From positions 1-17,264 of the forward strand of contig JBHLJY010000036.1 of the NCBI GenBank assembly GCA_048887225.1: DNA of 17,264 nucleotides. The letters run 5' to 3'. This DNA comes from Candidatus Hodarchaeota archaeon. GTDB lineage: Archaea; Asgardarchaeota; Lokiarchaeia; Sigyniarchaeales; SOKP01. The position numbers and the translations under genes are program-made. Below, in pieces: positions 15,990-17,264 of this stretch. The notes under the pieces are model-generated. The model was not told the DNA's origin and did not search any database. It worked only from the letters and a program-made list of their open reading frames with translations. Every line of letters starts with the position of its first letter. The first letter of the stretch is position 1.

Positions 15990-17174
15990 TTAATACTTCA
16001 AAGAAAAAGGAAATGTACCTGTTACTCTCCAAATTGCCAAATCTTCGAACCCAAAAATCTCAGCTTTAGTTAAATCCCCATTACACGTTTTTCTTAGTTT
16101 TTCCCATAAAGAATCTGCAATATTTTCGACAGATTTATTTTCGGTAATAATTTTACTAGCGTCTACATCAATATTGATTTTCATCCAATCGCAAGTTCTT
16201 ACATTTCCACATACTTTAATAACAGGAGCAACAGGATTTCCGCAAGGACTACCTCGACCAGTAGTCATTATTATTAGTTGAGCTCCAGCAGCAGCCAAAC
16301 CCGTCATAGATTCAACATCAAAACCAGGTTCTATCATTAACCATAATCCATTTCTTCTTGGTTTTACTGAATAATCCAATATCCCTTGTATTGGAGCCTT
16401 GCCTGCTTTCGCAATAGTGCCTAATGATTTTTCTTCTATCGTGGTCAATCCTCCCTGAATGTTTCCTGGTGTAGGTTGTATCCCTCTAAAATCAATACCC
16501 ATCTTCATAGTGTTTTCCAAAAATTTTTTAATTGGATGATGAATTTCATCAGCGACCTTCTCGTTTATCGCACGCTTCATTAATAAATGCTCCGTCCCAA
16601 TCCATTCTGTAAACTCTGGAAGAATTGAAGTTCCCCCTAATTCCACAACTTTGTCTGATACAATCCCAACAGCGGGATTTGCAGTAATCCCTGATATTGA
16701 ATCAGAGCCTCCGCATTCTAACCCTAAAACCAAATGAGAGAAATCAAATGGCTCTCGTTTTAATTCACCTGCTTCTATAGCCATATTTTTGCCATATTCT
16801 ATTCCCTTTTCGATGGCGGCATTTGTTCCTCCGTTTATATCTTGAAGATTAAAGAATTTAACTGGTTTTTTTGATTTTTTAATATGTCTTGCTAAGAGAT
16901 TGCTAGTTAAATTTTCACATCCAAGACCTATGATAACAACTCCATAGACATTAGGATTACTAGCAAGACCTGCCAACGTACGTACTGTATAGGAAAAATC
17001 AGTGCCAAATTGCCCGCAACCAAGTGGATGAGTTAATGCAACAGAATTTTTAACATTTTTTGCAATTTGTTCTGCCACATGATTAACACATACTACAGAG
17101 GATAAAATAGCGATTTTATTCCGAATTCCAACTAGCCCTTTTGGTCGTTGATATCCTAAAAATTCTTCAGTCAT
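15990..17174 (-). CDS. UxaA/GarD-family dehydratase large subunit (altronate dehydratase or sulfolactate sulfo-lyase SuyB-like)
   Basis: FLGYQRPKGLVGIRN, HPLGCGQ, GLGCE, LECGGSDSISGITANPAVG, PTPGNIQGGLTTIEEKSLG and TTGRGSPCG motifs. No N-terminal SAF domain. Confidence 0.9.
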   Translation of the reverse strand: MTEEFLGYQRPKGLVGIRNKIAILSSVVCVNHVAEQIAKNVKNSVALTHPLGCGQFGTDFSYTVRTLAGLASNPNVYGVVIIGLGCENLTSNLLARHIKKSKKPVKFFNLQDINGGTNAAIEKGIEYGKNMAIEAGELKREPFDFSHLVLGLECGGSDSISGITANPAVGIVSDKVVELGGTSILPEFTEWIGTEHLLMKRAINEKVADEIHHPIKKFLENTMKMGIDFRGIQPTPGNIQGGLTTIEEKSLGTIAKAGKAPIQGILDYSVKPRRNGLWLMIEPGFDVESMTGLAAAGAQLIIMTTGRGSPCGNPVAPVIKVCGNVRTCDWMKINIDVDASKIITENKSVENIADSLWEKLRKTCNGDLTKAEIFGFEDLAIWRVTGTFPFSLKY

Positions 17175-17264
17175 TTTTTATCCTCTTTAAATAATGGCTT
17201 GTTATATTATGTGTATGAATCCACTCCCCTACTTTTATATCCTCTATTGCAATACCTATAATTT
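17167..17264 (-). CDS. UxaA-family small subunit (SAF domain), C-terminal part only; not in the ORF track
   Basis: Manual translation ...IIGIAIEDIKVGEWIHTHNITSHYLKRIKND* matches the SAF signature IG.A..DI..GE.(V/I)HTHN. It overlaps the large-subunit start by 8 nt (ATGACTGA). Confidence 0.85.
   Translation of the reverse strand, partial: IIGIAIEDIKVGEWIHTHNITSHYLKRIKND

Noticed and set aside
1-17264. CRISPR arrays, tRNA/rRNA genes, transposases or integrases
   Set aside because: No regularly spaced repeats, GC-rich structured RNA segments or recombinase motifs were seen by eye. Intergenic gaps are short and AT-rich.

Overview
AT-rich, gene-dense archaeal window that looks like an Asgard archaeon (Lokiarchaeia-like). 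This is inferred from archaeal BRE/TATA promoters, GGAGG/GGTGA ribosome-binding sites and several eukaryotic-signature-like proteins. Metabolic and stress genes: acetone carboxylase beta and (truncated) alpha subunits, GNAT acetyltransferase, phosphohexomutase, ROK sugar kinase, DUF998-like membrane protein, Hsp20, FATP-type acyl-CoA synthetase, and a split UxaA-family dehydratase whose SAF small subunit is missing from the ORF track. The most unusual element is 3173-6936. A 681-aa protein fuses an N-terminal Roadblock-like domain, a complete Rab-like small GTPase, an apparently inactivated PD-(D/E)XK nuclease-like domain and a DUF4268-like domain. It is flanked on both sides by paralogous coiled-coil genes that share N- and C-terminal motifs and may both start at ATT. 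A convergent pair (small longin-like protein and longin-like + winged-helix protein) lies about 4 kb downstream. No rRNA, tRNA, CRISPR or mobile element was recognised. All family assignments come from motifs read by eye, not database searches.
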